From NCBI GenBank assembly GCA_963662435.1, contig OY759598.1, positions 620,001 to 684,000 on the forward strand: DNA of 64,000 bases, in the 5' to 3' direction. Below, in pieces: positions 34,836 to 45,267 of this stretch (its first letter is position 1; every line of letters starts with the position of its first letter). The notes beneath the pieces are model-generated. The model searched no databases and was not told the DNA's origin. It was given only the letters and a program-made list of their open reading frames with translations. Origin of the DNA: Dehalococcoidia bacterium. Lineage in GTDB: Bacteria > Chloroflexota > Dehalococcoidia > Lucifugimonadales > VXLM01. The translations under genes and the position numbers were made by a program.

Positions 34836-35153
34836 TCACCACTTCATTAGGTTTATTTCATCCACATTGACTGTGGAGCGGTTTCTGTACAATCTTAGAA
34901 TAATCGCCAGCGCCAGCGCTAGCTCCGCGGCAGCAATGGTGATTACGAACACTACAATCACTTGCCCGAGGGCCCTGCTGGGATCAGCAAAGTCGGCAAA
35001 CGCCGCAAAGCCGATCAAGTTGACGTTGACCGCGTTTAGCATAAGTTCGATTGACATCAATATCAAGACCGCGCTCCTCCGAGAAAGCACGCCATACAGC
35101 CCAATGGCAAAAAGGGCCGCGGCGACAATCTGGAAATGGACAAGCTCGATCAT
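34836..35153 (-). CDS. nuoK: NADH-quinone oxidoreductase subunit K
   Basis: LMSIELMLNAVN, IAAAELAL. Confidence 0.94.
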   Translation of the reverse strand: MIELVHFQIVAAALFAIGLYGVLSRRSAVLILMSIELMLNAVNVNLIGFAAFADFADPSRALGQVIVVFVITIAAAELALALAIILRLYRNRSTVNVDEINLMKW

Positions 35154-35647
35154 TCACGTCCCCTGTTTGCGCCGACCATGACGACTACGCCAATCAGGGC
35201 CACCAGCAACACGAGTGATGCGATCTCGAAGGGGACCGCCCACTGTTCGAATAGTGTCTGACCCAAGTTCTCCAGCGTCACTGCCCTCCGATCAGAGACG
35301 GTTTGCACTGTCGTGAAGACCGCCGCACCCGCAAGAAGGATGAACATTGCCGCCGCCACAAGAGCAGCTACTGGCCACTGGCGGTTACCGGATAGATTCT
35401 GAAAATCTTCGATTCGCGTCAGCATTAGGGCGAAGAGGATTACGATGACTATCGCTCCGCCGTAGATCAGTACCTGTACAAGTGCGAGGAACTCAGCGAG
35501 CGCAGTGAGAAATATCCCGGCCACCCCGATTAACGACGCAAGCAGGGCAAATGCGGCATACACCACATTTCGCGTCGTAACCACACCCAAAGCACCGCCA
35601 AGTGCAACGGCGGCTGCAATGAGGAATATGATAAGTGAAAGGGACAA
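35150..35647 (-). CDS. nuoJ: NADH-quinone oxidoreductase subunit J
   Basis: AEFLALVQVLIYGGAI, PFEIASLVLLVALIG. Confidence 0.93.
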   Translation of the reverse strand: MSLSLIIFLIAAAVALGGALGVVTTRNVVYAAFALLASLIGVAGIFLTALAEFLALVQVLIYGGAIVIVILFALMLTRIEDFQNLSGNRQWPVAALVAAAMFILLAGAAVFTTVQTVSDRRAVTLENLGQTLFEQWAVPFEIASLVLLVALIGVVVMVGANRGRE

Positions 35648-36021
35648 GAGCTAGTCCAACCTCCCCGTGTCGACGCCCGTTCAAGTTCGGCATTATACCA
35701 CTGTCAAACTTGCCACAGACTTTCACCAACCTTGAGATGTAACTCGGCTGCCGCGCATATCTTGCTTCCATGAATGAGTCGGTGTCGGAACCAAAGAACT
35801 GCGACGTTTCGGCTCCCCTAGACCGAAATAGGCACACGCTCTTCTAAAGTGTCCGCACATACAGACTCGATGCCGGAGGGCAGGGGATAGTCTGCCATTT
35901 GACGACTGGTCGTAGCTTGACACTAGGAGCGCCGGTATCCTACGATTGCTTTTAGGTAGTAAGCCGTCATCAGCCGGGGTGCTGTCAAAAATTCACCCCT
36001 TCTCTCACTAGGAATTCTCCC

Positions 36022-37935
36022 ATGGCCTCCCGCCTGCTCGACAACATTGATGCTCCTGGCGACCTCCGGACACTGACTCATGAAGAGCTGTCTCAAGTAG
36101 CTCAAGAAGTGCGGGACACCATAATCTCGGTGATCACCGAGCGTGGCGGTCACCTGGCCTCGAATTTGGGAGTCGTCGAACTTACGCTCGCACTCCACCG
36201 TATCTTCGAGAGTCCCAAGGACAGCATCGTCTGGGATACCACCAATCAGACCTACACCCACAAGCTGGTGACCGGCAGGCGCGATGAATTCAAGGACATA
36301 CGCCTGGAAGGCGGACTGTCCGGCTTCGGTGAACCCGCTGAAAGCCCCCACGATGCCCTCTGCGCCGGGCATGCGGGTACAGGCCTTTCCATTGCCCTCG
36401 GCGTAGCGGAGGGAGCGGAAAACCGCGGCTTGGACTCATGGACGATCGCCGTCGTAGGCGATGGCGCGATGACCTCCGGGTCCAGCTTCGAGGCACTGAA
36501 TAATATCGTTCACCTGAACCCCGAGAGACTTATCGTTGTCCTGAACGACAACGGCATGTCGATCTCAGAGAACATCGGCTTCCTCACCAATTGGCGCAAG
36601 CGGCTCATCACTCATCCCGAGTCACAGGCGATGGTCGAGCGCATGAGATCCCTGTCAAAGAAGGTACCCACCGGCGAGCTGATGTACCGGCTGGCGAAGC
36701 GTGTCTACACCGGTGTCGAGGGACTCGTCGTTCCCACAATGTTCTGGACGGAAATGGGTTTCCAGTACCTCGGCCCTATCGATGGCCATGATTTCAAGCA
36801 GCTTGAAGAGACCCTTCGTCAGGCAAAGAAACCCACCGGTTCGGTCCCTCTTGTCCATGTCGTGACACATAAGGGCCGAGGCTATGAGCCAGCTGAGGAT
36901 GATCCGATCAAGTTCCATCAGCCCAGCTCTCCTCTGGGCGATTCATCGGGAGCACCCACTTACTCAAAGGTGTTCGCTCAGACTCTTACGAGCATCATGA
37001 AGAAGGACAAGTCCGTCGTCGGCATCAGCGCGGCAATGCTTGAAGGTACTGGCCTTGCGGACGTACGGCAGGACTTCCCCGATAGAGTATTCGACGTCGG
37101 CATCGCCGAACAACACGCCGTCAGCATGGCGGCGGGCATGGCCTCCAGCGGACTCAATCCATTCGTCTCAATCTACTCCACCTTCCTCCAGCGAGCATTC
37201 GACCAGGTAGTTCACGACGTTTGTCTCCAGAACTTGCCAGTCAAGCTCATCGCCGACCGAGCCGGAATCGTCGGGGAGGACGGCAAGACGCACCATGGCG
37301 CCTTCGACATCACCTACCTCCGCTGCCTTCCCAACGCAATCGTTGCAGCCCCTATGGACGAAAACGAGCTCCAACATCTCGTCTACACCGCCTATAAGCA
37401 CGATGGTCCGTTTGCCATCCGCATAGCGAGAGGCACCGCCGTCGGCACACCGCTGGACAGTGACCTGAAGGAGCTACCAATCGGCAAGGGCAGGATTGTG
37501 CGAGAGGGTAGTGACGTCGCAATCTTTGCGCTGGGCAAGTCGGCGAGTGCCGCCTTGGCAGCGGCGGAGACACTCTCCGAGCGCGGGATATCGTGTGGAA
37601 TCTACAACCCGATCTTCGTAAAGCCTCTGGATGCCGACCTGCTCACTGAGGCCGCACGGAGTGTCCGTCGTATCGTAACGGTCGAAGAAAACGTCCTCGC
37701 TGGCGGATTCGGTTCCGCTGTTCTTGAAGCGTTGGCGGAGGCCGGTCTGGACGACATATCCGTCCACCGTGTTGGTATGCCCGATCTGTTCGTGGAGCAC
37801 GGCACCGCCGCTGACCAAAGACAACAGTTGCAGCTCGACGCCGAAGGCATCGCCGAGCAGGTCCTCAACGCCTTCTTCCCCGACGCGGCCACTCACCGAA
37901 GCGCAGAGCCTCAGGAAGTCGCCGCTACGAGCTAA
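36022..37935 (+). CDS. dxs: 1-deoxy-D-xylulose-5-phosphate synthase
   Basis: GGHLASNLGVVEL, GDGAMTSG, DVGIAEQHAV, GEDGKTHHG. Confidence 0.96.
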   Translation: MASRLLDNIDAPGDLRTLTHEELSQVAQEVRDTIISVITERGGHLASNLGVVELTLALHRIFESPKDSIVWDTTNQTYTHKLVTGRRDEFKDIRLEGGLSGFGEPAESPHDALCAGHAGTGLSIALGVAEGAENRGLDSWTIAVVGDGAMTSGSSFEALNNIVHLNPERLIVVLNDNGMSISENIGFLTNWRKRLITHPESQAMVERMRSLSKKVPTGELMYRLAKRVYTGVEGLVVPTMFWTEMGFQYLGPIDGHDFKQLEETLRQAKKPTGSVPLVHVVTHKGRGYEPAEDDPIKFHQPSSPLGDSSGAPTYSKVFAQTLTSIMKKDKSVVGISAAMLEGTGLADVRQDFPDRVFDVGIAEQHAVSMAAGMASSGLNPFVSIYSTFLQRAFDQVVHDVCLQNLPVKLIADRAGIVGEDGKTHHGAFDITYLRCLPNAIVAAPMDENELQHLVYTAYKHDGPFAIRIARGTAVGTPLDSDLKELPIGKGRIVREGSDVAIFALGKSASAALAAAETLSERGISCGIYNPIFVKPLDADLLTEAARSVRRIVTVEENVLAGGFGSAVLEALAEAGLDDISVHRVGMPDLFVEHGTAADQRQQLQLDAEGIAEQVLNAFFPDAATHRSAEPQEVAATS

Positions 37936-38036
37936 CCGCAATTGCAAGCACTTCTCTCCTCCTGCCACGGGGAAGTCTCCGAGGTATCATCGAGACCACG
38001 TCCGTCCTTCGTATACAAGGCAACAGGCAACCTCCC

Positions 38037-38105
38037 GTAGGGGCGATTCGCGAATCGCCCCCACCGCCAACCCCACGCCGTCATTCCCGTGTAAGCGCGT
38101 ATCCA
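38037..38105. repeat. GTAG-type REP hairpin plus GTCATTCCC repeat
   Basis: GTAG GGGCGATTCG/CGAATCGCCC; related copies at 6248-6272 and 40605-40630. Confidence 0.7.
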
Positions 38106-38199
38106 TCTTAGGCTCACAAACATGCACCGAGTACCGAAAGCGATAGACCTGCCCCTTTCGTTGCTCGTTGCACAGCCGATTTAAGGGCACATTTCCTCT

Positions 38200-38214
38200 G
38201 CGACAAATTGTCGC
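38200..38214. promoter_or_regulatory. Palindromic candidate TF site upstream of molybdoenzyme gene
   Basis: GCGACAA-A-TTGTCGC. Confidence 0.4.
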
Positions 38215-38289
38215 CCAACGCCTTTCCCTGATACCATGTTGCCTGCCCGGAATCGGGCAACTCCATGCCACATATCGGGAGGTATCCGA

Positions 38290-40587
38290 GTGACGACCAC
38301 ATACGAACCCAACATGATTCTCAAGCAAGGCGACTACAAGGTCATCGGAACGCGGCCAGTACGTCACGATGGGGCCGACAAAGTGACAGGACGTGCCAAG
38401 TACGGCGCGGACTTCCACGCCAACGACCTTCTGCATGCCAAATTCGTGCGCAGCCCGCACGCTCACGCTAGAATCCTTTCTATTGACACCAGCGGGGCCG
38501 AGGCCATGGACGGCGTCTTCGCCGTCGCTACGGGCGCGGACCTGCCCGAAGTCGCGGACGAGATGGTCGCGCTCGGTGAGGGCGCCGCAAACCTGCGCTA
38601 CCTTCGCGACAACGTCCTTGCCGACGACAAGGCCCTGTACGTGGGCCACGCCATCGCCGCAGTTGCCGCTTCCAACCCGCACGTCGCGGAAGAAGCCGCG
38701 GCCAAGATCAAAGTGGAGTATGACGTGCTTGGTCCCGTCCTGACCGCGCCTGAGGGCATGGCAGATGATGCCCCAATCCTCCATGAGTCGCTCCGCACTT
38801 CCGAAATGGGTGAGACCGCTGAAGGGCAGAGCAACGTCGCCGAGCACTTCAGGCAGGTCATGGGTGACGTCGAAGCCGGATTCGCGGAGTCCGACCTCGT
38901 CATCGAGCGTGAATTCGATACCTCTACCGTTCACCAGGGATACATCGAGCCGCAGGTCGCCACAGGTCTGTGGAACAGGGACGACAAGATCACCATCTGG
39001 TGCAGCACGCAGGGATCGTTCAGCGTTCGCGACGAAATGATCGGTATCCTCAGCAAACCGGCGTCCCAGATCAAGGTCATTCCCATGGAGATCGGCGGAG
39101 GGTTCGGCGGCAAGATTCCCGCATACCTCGAACCCACCGTCGCAATCCTGTCCAAGAAGTCGGGCCGTCCGGTCAAGGCTGTCATGACTCGACAGGAGGT
39201 CTTCGAGGCCACCGGCCCAACGCCCGGCTCCCACATGACGGTCAAGATCGGCGCCGACAACGACGGTAATATCCTTGCCGCCCATGCCGATCTGCAGTTC
39301 GAGGCGGGCGCGTTCCCCGGCTCTCCCGTTGGCGCTGCCGCCATGTGCGTCTTCGCCACCTACGACATTCCAAACCAGCAGATCGACGGCTACGACGTTG
39401 TAGTCAACAAGCCCAAGACGCAGGCCTACCGCGCACCCGGCTCGACGAACGTCGCATTTGCTACAGAGACCGTCCTGAACGAGATCGCCGAGAAACTCGG
39501 AATCGACCCCATCGACCTTCGACTCAAGAACGTCGCCACCAAGGGCACATCTCGGGCGGATGGCGTGACCTTCCCGCGCATTGGCGCCAAGGAGGTCCTC
39601 GAGGCAATGCGGGACCACCCGCACTATTCTGAGTCAATCGACGACGAGAACCGGGGCAGGGGCGTTGGAATAGGATACTGGTTCAACGTCGGCTTCAAGT
39701 CGGCCGTCAACATAAGCGTCAACCCCGACGGAACGATTAACCTGACCGAAGGCTCAACCGACATCGGAGGTACGCGCGCTTCGATCTCCATGCAGGCCGC
39801 TGAGGTGCTTGGCATCCGAGCTGAGGACGTGAATCCCACCGTCGTTGACACCGACTCCATTGGCCATACCGACGTCACCGGCGGCAGCCGCGTGACCTAC
39901 GCCACCGGCTGGGCCGCGTATGAGGCGGCACAGGACGTGAAGCGACAGATGATCGCCCGCGCCGCCCTGATTTGGGACGTTGATCCGGACTCCCTGGAAC
40001 TCGTCGACGGCGTATTCCGCTCGAAGGCCGATGAAGAGCTCAACATGAGCTTCGCCGACCTCGCCGAACAGCTCAACGACACCGGTGGTCCCATCATGGG
40101 CCGCGGCGCGCTCGACACTGGCGGCCTGGGCGCGGGTGGAGGATCTTTCGCCGGTAACATCGTCGATGTAGAGGTCGACCCCGATACCGGCAAGGTCGAC
40201 ATCCTCCGCTTCACTGTCGTCCAGGACGCCGGCAAGGCTATCCACCCCAGCTACGTTGAAGGCCAGATGCAGGGCGGAAGCACCCAGGGCATCGGCTGGG
40301 CTCTGAACGAGGAATACTACATGCGCGGCGACGGCATGATGATGAACTCTACCCTCCTCGACTACCGCATGCCCACCAGCCTCGACCTTCCGATGATCGA
40401 TACCGTAATCGTCGAGGTGCCTAGCGAGCAGCAGCCATTCGGAGTCCGAGGAGTCGGCGAGGCCAACATCGTCCCGCCGCCCGCGGCCATCGCTCACGCC
40501 ATCTACAACGCTTCGGGAATCCGCATGCAGCGCCTCCCGATGAACCCCGCTGCAGTCACCGAAGAAAAGATGGCCAACGGCAGCTAG
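38290..40587 (+). CDS. Xanthine dehydrogenase/CoxL-family molybdopterin-binding subunit
   Basis: KVTGRAKY, RSPHAHARI, GGGFGGK, AYRAPG, EGQMQGG, GVRGVGE; GTG start after GGAGG. Confidence 0.92.
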   Translation: MTTTYEPNMILKQGDYKVIGTRPVRHDGADKVTGRAKYGADFHANDLLHAKFVRSPHAHARILSIDTSGAEAMDGVFAVATGADLPEVADEMVALGEGAANLRYLRDNVLADDKALYVGHAIAAVAASNPHVAEEAAAKIKVEYDVLGPVLTAPEGMADDAPILHESLRTSEMGETAEGQSNVAEHFRQVMGDVEAGFAESDLVIEREFDTSTVHQGYIEPQVATGLWNRDDKITIWCSTQGSFSVRDEMIGILSKPASQIKVIPMEIGGGFGGKIPAYLEPTVAILSKKSGRPVKAVMTRQEVFEATGPTPGSHMTVKIGADNDGNILAAHADLQFEAGAFPGSPVGAAAMCVFATYDIPNQQIDGYDVVVNKPKTQAYRAPGSTNVAFATETVLNEIAEKLGIDPIDLRLKNVATKGTSRADGVTFPRIGAKEVLEAMRDHPHYSESIDDENRGRGVGIGYWFNVGFKSAVNISVNPDGTINLTEGSTDIGGTRASISMQAAEVLGIRAEDVNPTVVDTDSIGHTDVTGGSRVTYATGWAAYEAAQDVKRQMIARAALIWDVDPDSLELVDGVFRSKADEELNMSFADLAEQLNDTGGPIMGRGALDTGGLGAGGGSFAGNIVDVEVDPDTGKVDILRFTVVQDAGKAIHPSYVEGQMQGGSTQGIGWALNEEYYMRGDGMMMNSTLLDYRMPTSLDLPMIDTVIVEVPSEQQPFGVRGVGEANIVPPPAAIAHAIYNASGIRMQRLPMNPAAVTEEKMANGS

Positions 40588-40604
40588 CGTAACACCGCCA
40601 ATGC

Positions 40605-40837
40605 GAAGGGGCGGGTTTCAAACCCGCCCCTCACCGGTAAATCCACATTCACACCGTCATGCCCGCGTAAGCGGTAATCCACTCTCCAATAGCCATTCTT
40701 TTGGCCATTACCAAGACACGCTACCGTTCACCCTGAGCCTGTCGAAGGGTGAAACTCTCTGCACGATTCACCAAAAGCAATCCAACCCACTCGTAATCCA
40801 TCCCTTCTCCCGTCGTGGGAGAGGGCTAGGGTGAGGG
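40605..40837. repeat. BIME-like cluster of four different REP-like elements
   Basis: 40605-40630, 40655-40681, 40724-40749 and 40802-40837, each recurring elsewhere in the window. Confidence 0.7.
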
Positions 40838-40888
40838 AATCTTGTCAAGGGAGGTCATTCTGCCTGTGACAGCCGCCGCCACACCCAC

Positions 40889-42043
40889 CTACCACGTCGC
40901 AATAGACTCCGGCAGCGTCTCGTAGATGACCGTGTAGCTGTAGTACCTCTCGCCGTCGACCTCACCGGCCTCCGTTGCGGCTACGACGGCGCAGTCCGGC
41001 TCCTCGAAATGCCGGCAGTCGGTGAACTTGCATCCCCCGGCAGCCTTCTCGATCTCAGGAAAGAAGTGCCAGAGCTCAGGCCGCGTGAGCCCGCTGAGTC
41101 CCCATTCGCGAATGCCCGGGGTATCCACTACGGTCGTAGCCTCGTCGATGCGCAACAGGGTCGCCCTCGTGGTCGTATGCCGCCCCTGGTCTCTCCCTCG
41201 CCAGGTGCTGATCTCCCCGACCCGAAGGCCGAGACCCGGCTTCAGTGTATTGAGCAGCGAAGACTTCCCCGTCCCCGAGAGCCCCGACAGCACCGTGCTC
41301 TTCCCGGCAAGATGCTCCCGAAGCTCGTCCATGCCGTCTCCCGTCGTTGTAGAGGTAACGACGACGGTGTATCCAAGATCGTGATAGGGCGCAAGTGCCG
41401 TCTCAAACTCTTCGTCGTCCTCGACGAGGTCTCCCTTCGTGATACAGATGACCGGGACAAGCTCGTGAACGTCGGCTGTCACAAGGTATCTGTCGACCAG
41501 CTCCGGCCAGAATGCCGGCTCCCGCCACGACGCGACGATTAACAGCTGGTCGACGTTGGCCGCGACGATCTGCCGCAGATATCCCTTGAACGATGTGGGC
41601 CGCGTTAGGATCGAGTCGCGTTCCAATAGCTCCTCGATGGCGAAGCCCCCCGCGCCGTCTTCCGCTATGACAACCCGGTCCCCAACTGCCACGGGGTTGA
41701 CGAAGCCGGTCTCCTGGTCCTTGAGCGAATCTCGAATGTTGCACTCGGTCGACTCTCCGTCAACCTCCACCACGTAGAGGCTGCCGTGCACCGAGGTCAC
41801 CACGCCCAGCAGCCCCGAAACGTCATCGTCCGACCTGTAGTCTTCTTGCGGCGTGCCGAGCCATGCGCGCTCGCTCTCCTGCACGACCTGCCTTCGACGC
41901 TCCCTCTCTGCGGGTGAGCCAACCCGCTCCTGCCGGTCGTATGACAGGTCGTCCCAATCGCCGCCAGCGTCACGCCACGACTGTTTTCTCCTCGGCTTCC
42001 TCGTTTTTGGGGCTCGAACGACCCGCTTCTTCCTTGGACTCAC
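40889..42043 (-). CDS. rsgA: Ribosome small subunit-dependent GTPase A
   Basis: VAANVD, TKGDL, GLSGTGKSSLLN, GRHTT, DTPGIR, CKFTDCRH..EPDCAV. Confidence 0.94.
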   Translation of the reverse strand: MSPRKKRVVRAPKTRKPRRKQSWRDAGGDWDDLSYDRQERVGSPAERERRRQVVQESERAWLGTPQEDYRSDDDVSGLLGVVTSVHGSLYVVEVDGESTECNIRDSLKDQETGFVNPVAVGDRVVIAEDGAGGFAIEELLERDSILTRPTSFKGYLRQIVAANVDQLLIVASWREPAFWPELVDRYLVTADVHELVPVICITKGDLVEDDEEFETALAPYHDLGYTVVVTSTTTGDGMDELREHLAGKSTVLSGLSGTGKSSLLNTLKPGLGLRVGEISTWRGRDQGRHTTTRATLLRIDEATTVVDTPGIREWGLSGLTRPELWHFFPEIEKAAGGCKFTDCRHFEEPDCAVVAATEAGEVDGERYYSYTVIYETLPESIATW

Positions 42044-42132
42044 AGTACCTTCCGGCTTGATGATGGCCGTATTATGTGCGTTAATCGAACGAAGAAGCAA
42101 CGGTAGTCCTTACCCCTATATAGTGAAGAGCC

Positions 42133-43227
42133 ATGAAAATCGTAGACCTGCGAAGCGACACGAAGACCCTGCCGAGCGCGGAAATGCGCGTGGCGATCGC
42201 CGAGTCCGAGCTTGGCGACGCCGACGAGGGAGAGGACCCCACCGTAAACCGGCTCGAGGCAATGGCCGCCGAACGCCTCGGCAAGGAGGATGCCGTCCTC
42301 GTTACCAGCGGCACGCAGGGCAACATGGTCGCAATCCTCTCGCAGTGCGTACGTGGCGACTCGGTCATCCTAGGCCGCAACACGCACATCAACCTCGGAG
42401 AGGCGGGAGGCCTCTCGGCCCTGGCCGGTGTGACTATGCACCCCCTCGAAAACACCCCCGATGGTGGACTCGATCCCGAAGAAGTGCGTGCGTCGATAAA
42501 CCACGACAGTCGCGACTATGCCAAGACCGGCATGGTCTCGCTCGAAAACACTCAGAACCTGCTCGGAGGCCTCGTCCTCGATAGGGAGGACATTGAACGG
42601 ATTGCCGACATCGCGCATGAGCATGACCTACCGTTCCACATTGATGGCGCCCGGCTGTTCAACGCCGCCGTCAGTCTCGGTGTACCCGTAAGCGACCTCG
42701 TGGAAGCCGCGGAAACGGTCACCTTCTGCCTTTCAAAGGGTCTCGGTGCCCCCGTCGGCTCCGTCCTGTGTGGAAGCCGCGAGACTATTGAGGAGGCCCG
42801 ACGCTGGGTGAAATATCTCGGTGGGAGCATGAGACAGGCCGGAATCATCGCCGCCGCCGGTGTCTACGCGCTCGAAAACATGGTCGAGCGCCTGGCCGAA
42901 GATCATGATAACGCGCAACGCCTGGCCAAGGGACTGGCAGCGATTCCGGGCCTCGAGATAGACCCCGAACGGGTCCAGTCAAACATCCTGTTCTGCCACG
43001 TAGACCAGGCCCACTCCGCAGAACTTGCCTCACTGATTGACGCCGAGGGCATAAAGTTCTACGATATCGGCCCCGAGCTGGGCTGGCGGTTCGTGACCGC
43101 TTACGGCGTAACGTCATCAGACATCGACCACGCCCTCGACGTCATCGACTCCGTCATCCGCGACTACCACCGCCTCTCTAATGGTCACTCACCCCAGACA
43201 AGGCCGCCATCTAGTAGACGGCTATAA
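42133..43227 (+). CDS. ltaE: Low-specificity L-threonine aldolase
   Basis: DLRSDT, SGTQGN, HIDGARLFNA, CLSKGLGAPVG. Confidence 0.9.
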   Translation: MKIVDLRSDTKTLPSAEMRVAIAESELGDADEGEDPTVNRLEAMAAERLGKEDAVLVTSGTQGNMVAILSQCVRGDSVILGRNTHINLGEAGGLSALAGVTMHPLENTPDGGLDPEEVRASINHDSRDYAKTGMVSLENTQNLLGGLVLDREDIERIADIAHEHDLPFHIDGARLFNAAVSLGVPVSDLVEAAETVTFCLSKGLGAPVGSVLCGSRETIEEARRWVKYLGGSMRQAGIIAAAGVYALENMVERLAEDHDNAQRLAKGLAAIPGLEIDPERVQSNILFCHVDQAHSAELASLIDAEGIKFYDIGPELGWRFVTAYGVTSSDIDHALDVIDSVIRDYHRLSNGHSPQTRPPSSRRL

Positions 43228-43380
43228 AGTGGCAAACGCTCTCTCGGGAAACTCTCTGCTGCTCCCAGTCAAGTCCTGACTCCTCCAGGAACCGACCGCG
43301 CGCCAACACCCTCCGTCATTCCGGCGGAGGCCGGAATCCGGTCCGTGACTTCCTCCGCTTCTTTTCGCATGCTCTCCGAT

Positions 43381-43409
43381 TTGACAGACAAGAACACTTG
43401 TACGACACT
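43381..43409 (+). promoter_or_regulatory. Sigma70-like promoter with LexA-like box in the spacer
   Basis: TTGACA-17-GACACT enclosing AGAAC-ACTT-GTAC. Confidence 0.45.
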
Positions 43410-43543
43410 ACACGTGACCGACCACCCCAAGGCCGCTATTACAACAACGAGGAAATGGCACAGAATGGCTCAAAGTGGCACTGGTGCTCAGTCAGCTTGA
43501 ATATAATGAACTGGCACATGCCGCTTTGTCCCCTCTCCCGTCG

Positions 43544-45267
43544 GAGGCTGTCTCATAGCTTCACGTGGCGTGCAGTGATTGAGTACACGCTGGGGATGTG
43601 ATGGGCGATGACCGGTAGACTCTATAGAGTCTGCGAGTGGCGATTCGTAGTCGGGCCGTCGACAACGGTGCCAAGCGGTTGCGGGCGGCATCAGTGGCGC
43701 TGCGATCACAGCGTGGATGTAGTCGTGGCGAGCCGGTGTGAGGCGAGTTCGACGGCGAGGAGGCACTCCACACCCTGTGAAGGCTTTTGAGGTTGAACGC
43801 CGCAGCCAGCAGACACCACTCGGAGAGGACGTTCTCGCGGCCTCGCAGCAGGAACCGCCTGGCGCTGTGATGCTCCTTGAGGAGGCCGAACACCGGCTCG
43901 ACCAGCCCCTGACGCCGCTTATAACTCGCCCTGGCAGACTCGGTAGACATCATCTCTCTGTGTCGTCTCAACTCAGGTTCGTATTCGCTGATTCTTATGG
44001 TTCGACCGTTGGTAGAGGTGGTGCATTCTCCAAAGGCAGGGCAGGTACGGCAGAGCGCACCCTCGGCCCCGTAGCGTCTGAGTCTGTAGCCGTTCGCGTG
44101 TCTGAACGTGTCCTTGAAGATGAGAGGTTGCTGATTCGGGCACAGGTATGTGTCGTTCTCAGGGTCGTACGTGAAGTGGTCCTTGTGGTACGGGGAGCGG
44201 CGTCGGCGGTTATGGGTGTCCGGCATGAGCACGCGGTGTCCGGAGGACGCGCAGTCGGCAAGGTTGGTCCCTGAGTGATATCCGGCGTCGGCGACGGTCA
44301 CCGCATGGTCTGTCCCCGTATTCTCTGCAGACGCCTCGATCATCGGAACGAGCTGCGGGTGGTCGTCCGAGCCGGAGGTCACATCCGCGGCCGTGATGAT
44401 CATGCCGGAGGCATCGTCGGACGTGATGGGCGCCACCATCGACTGGGCGTTGTAGCCGGCTATAAAGCCACCTTCCTTGCTCTTGAGCAGCCCCGCGTCA
44501 GGGTCGGTAAGGTTTACGTGGTTGGCTCCCTCCTCCTCCAGCACGAGGCCAAGGGCGTCGACCACTCGGTCGCGCAATGCCTCGGCGCTCGCAATCTCCG
44601 ATGGTAGTTCGACTGGTGCAGGCTCCCCTCCGGTCGAGTTCTTTGCTTCCAGGTCCGCAATGGCTGCTTCCGTACGCTCCAAGAGCCGTCTGAGACCCTC
44701 CGCGTCGTAGGTGCGGTCACTGGACGCGTTACCGGCGATTCGTGTCCCGTCCACCGCCTGAAGCGCCAAGTCCACCAAGCCGGCCTTCACAGCCGTGCGC
44801 ACCGTGCGACTCAGGAGAACCCTCATCCGCTCTCGGTGAGACCTGTAGAACCTCCACAGCGTGTTGTGGTCCGGCCTCTGCCTCCCGGTCAGCCACATGA
44901 AGGCCACCTGTTCGCGGCAGGCCGTCTCCAGCTTGCGGCTGGAACGCACACCCGTCATGAACCCATATATCCACACGCTCAGCAACGCGCGAGGGTGATA
45001 GGACGATGCTCCCATAGGATCGCCTCGCAGGTCGATCCCCAACTCCTTCCACGTCTCCTCATCAAGAGAGTCCACGAAGGTCGCGGCGAATCGCGCGGGA
45101 TGATTGGGGCCTACTAACTCTCCCAGATCAGGCGGCAGAAGCCACCCCTGTTCCCGATTGAAGTCCCGAAATGGCATGCCACTTCTCCTAAAGCAGGTGC
45201 AACAACACAAACTTACCCCTAGAACCTCTGTATTTTCAATAAGGCAACCTACTTATGAGACAGCCTC
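43544..45267 (-). mobile_element. Complete IS1182-family insertion sequence (1724 bp)
   Basis: Terminal IRs GAGGCTGTCTCATA / TATGAGACAGCCTC; flanks CGTCG / CGTAG (imperfect 5-bp duplication). Confidence 0.9.
43561..45177 (-). CDS. IS1182-family transposase
   Basis: YHPRALL..YG..SSRKLE, PDHNTL, AVDGTRI, TDPDA, GYNAQ, ADAGY, VEPVFG. Confidence 0.93.
   Translation of the reverse strand: MPFRDFNREQGWLLPPDLGELVGPNHPARFAATFVDSLDEETWKELGIDLRGDPMGASSYHPRALLSVWIYGFMTGVRSSRKLETACREQVAFMWLTGRQRPDHNTLWRFYRSHRERMRVLLSRTVRTAVKAGLVDLALQAVDGTRIAGNASSDRTYDAEGLRRLLERTEAAIADLEAKNSTGGEPAPVELPSEIASAEALRDRVVDALGLVLEEEGANHVNLTDPDAGLLKSKEGGFIAGYNAQSMVAPITSDDASGMIITAADVTSGSDDHPQLVPMIEASAENTGTDHAVTVADAGYHSGTNLADCASSGHRVLMPDTHNRRRRSPYHKDHFTYDPENDTYLCPNQQPLIFKDTFRHANGYRLRRYGAEGALCRTCPAFGECTTSTNGRTIRISEYEPELRRHREMMSTESARASYKRRQGLVEPVFGLLKEHHSARRFLLRGRENVLSEWCLLAAAFNLKSLHRVWSASSPSNSPHTGSPRLHPRCDRSATDAARNRLAPLSTARLRIATRRLYRVYRSSPITSPACTQSLHAT

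Noticed and set aside
37987..39624. 545-aa minus-strand ORF
   Set aside because: Antisense shadow of the molybdoenzyme gene, caused by GC-rich codon bias.
38290..40587. Aerobic CO dehydrogenase (coxL)
   Set aside because: Active-site loop is AYRAPG and coxM/coxS are not adjacent.
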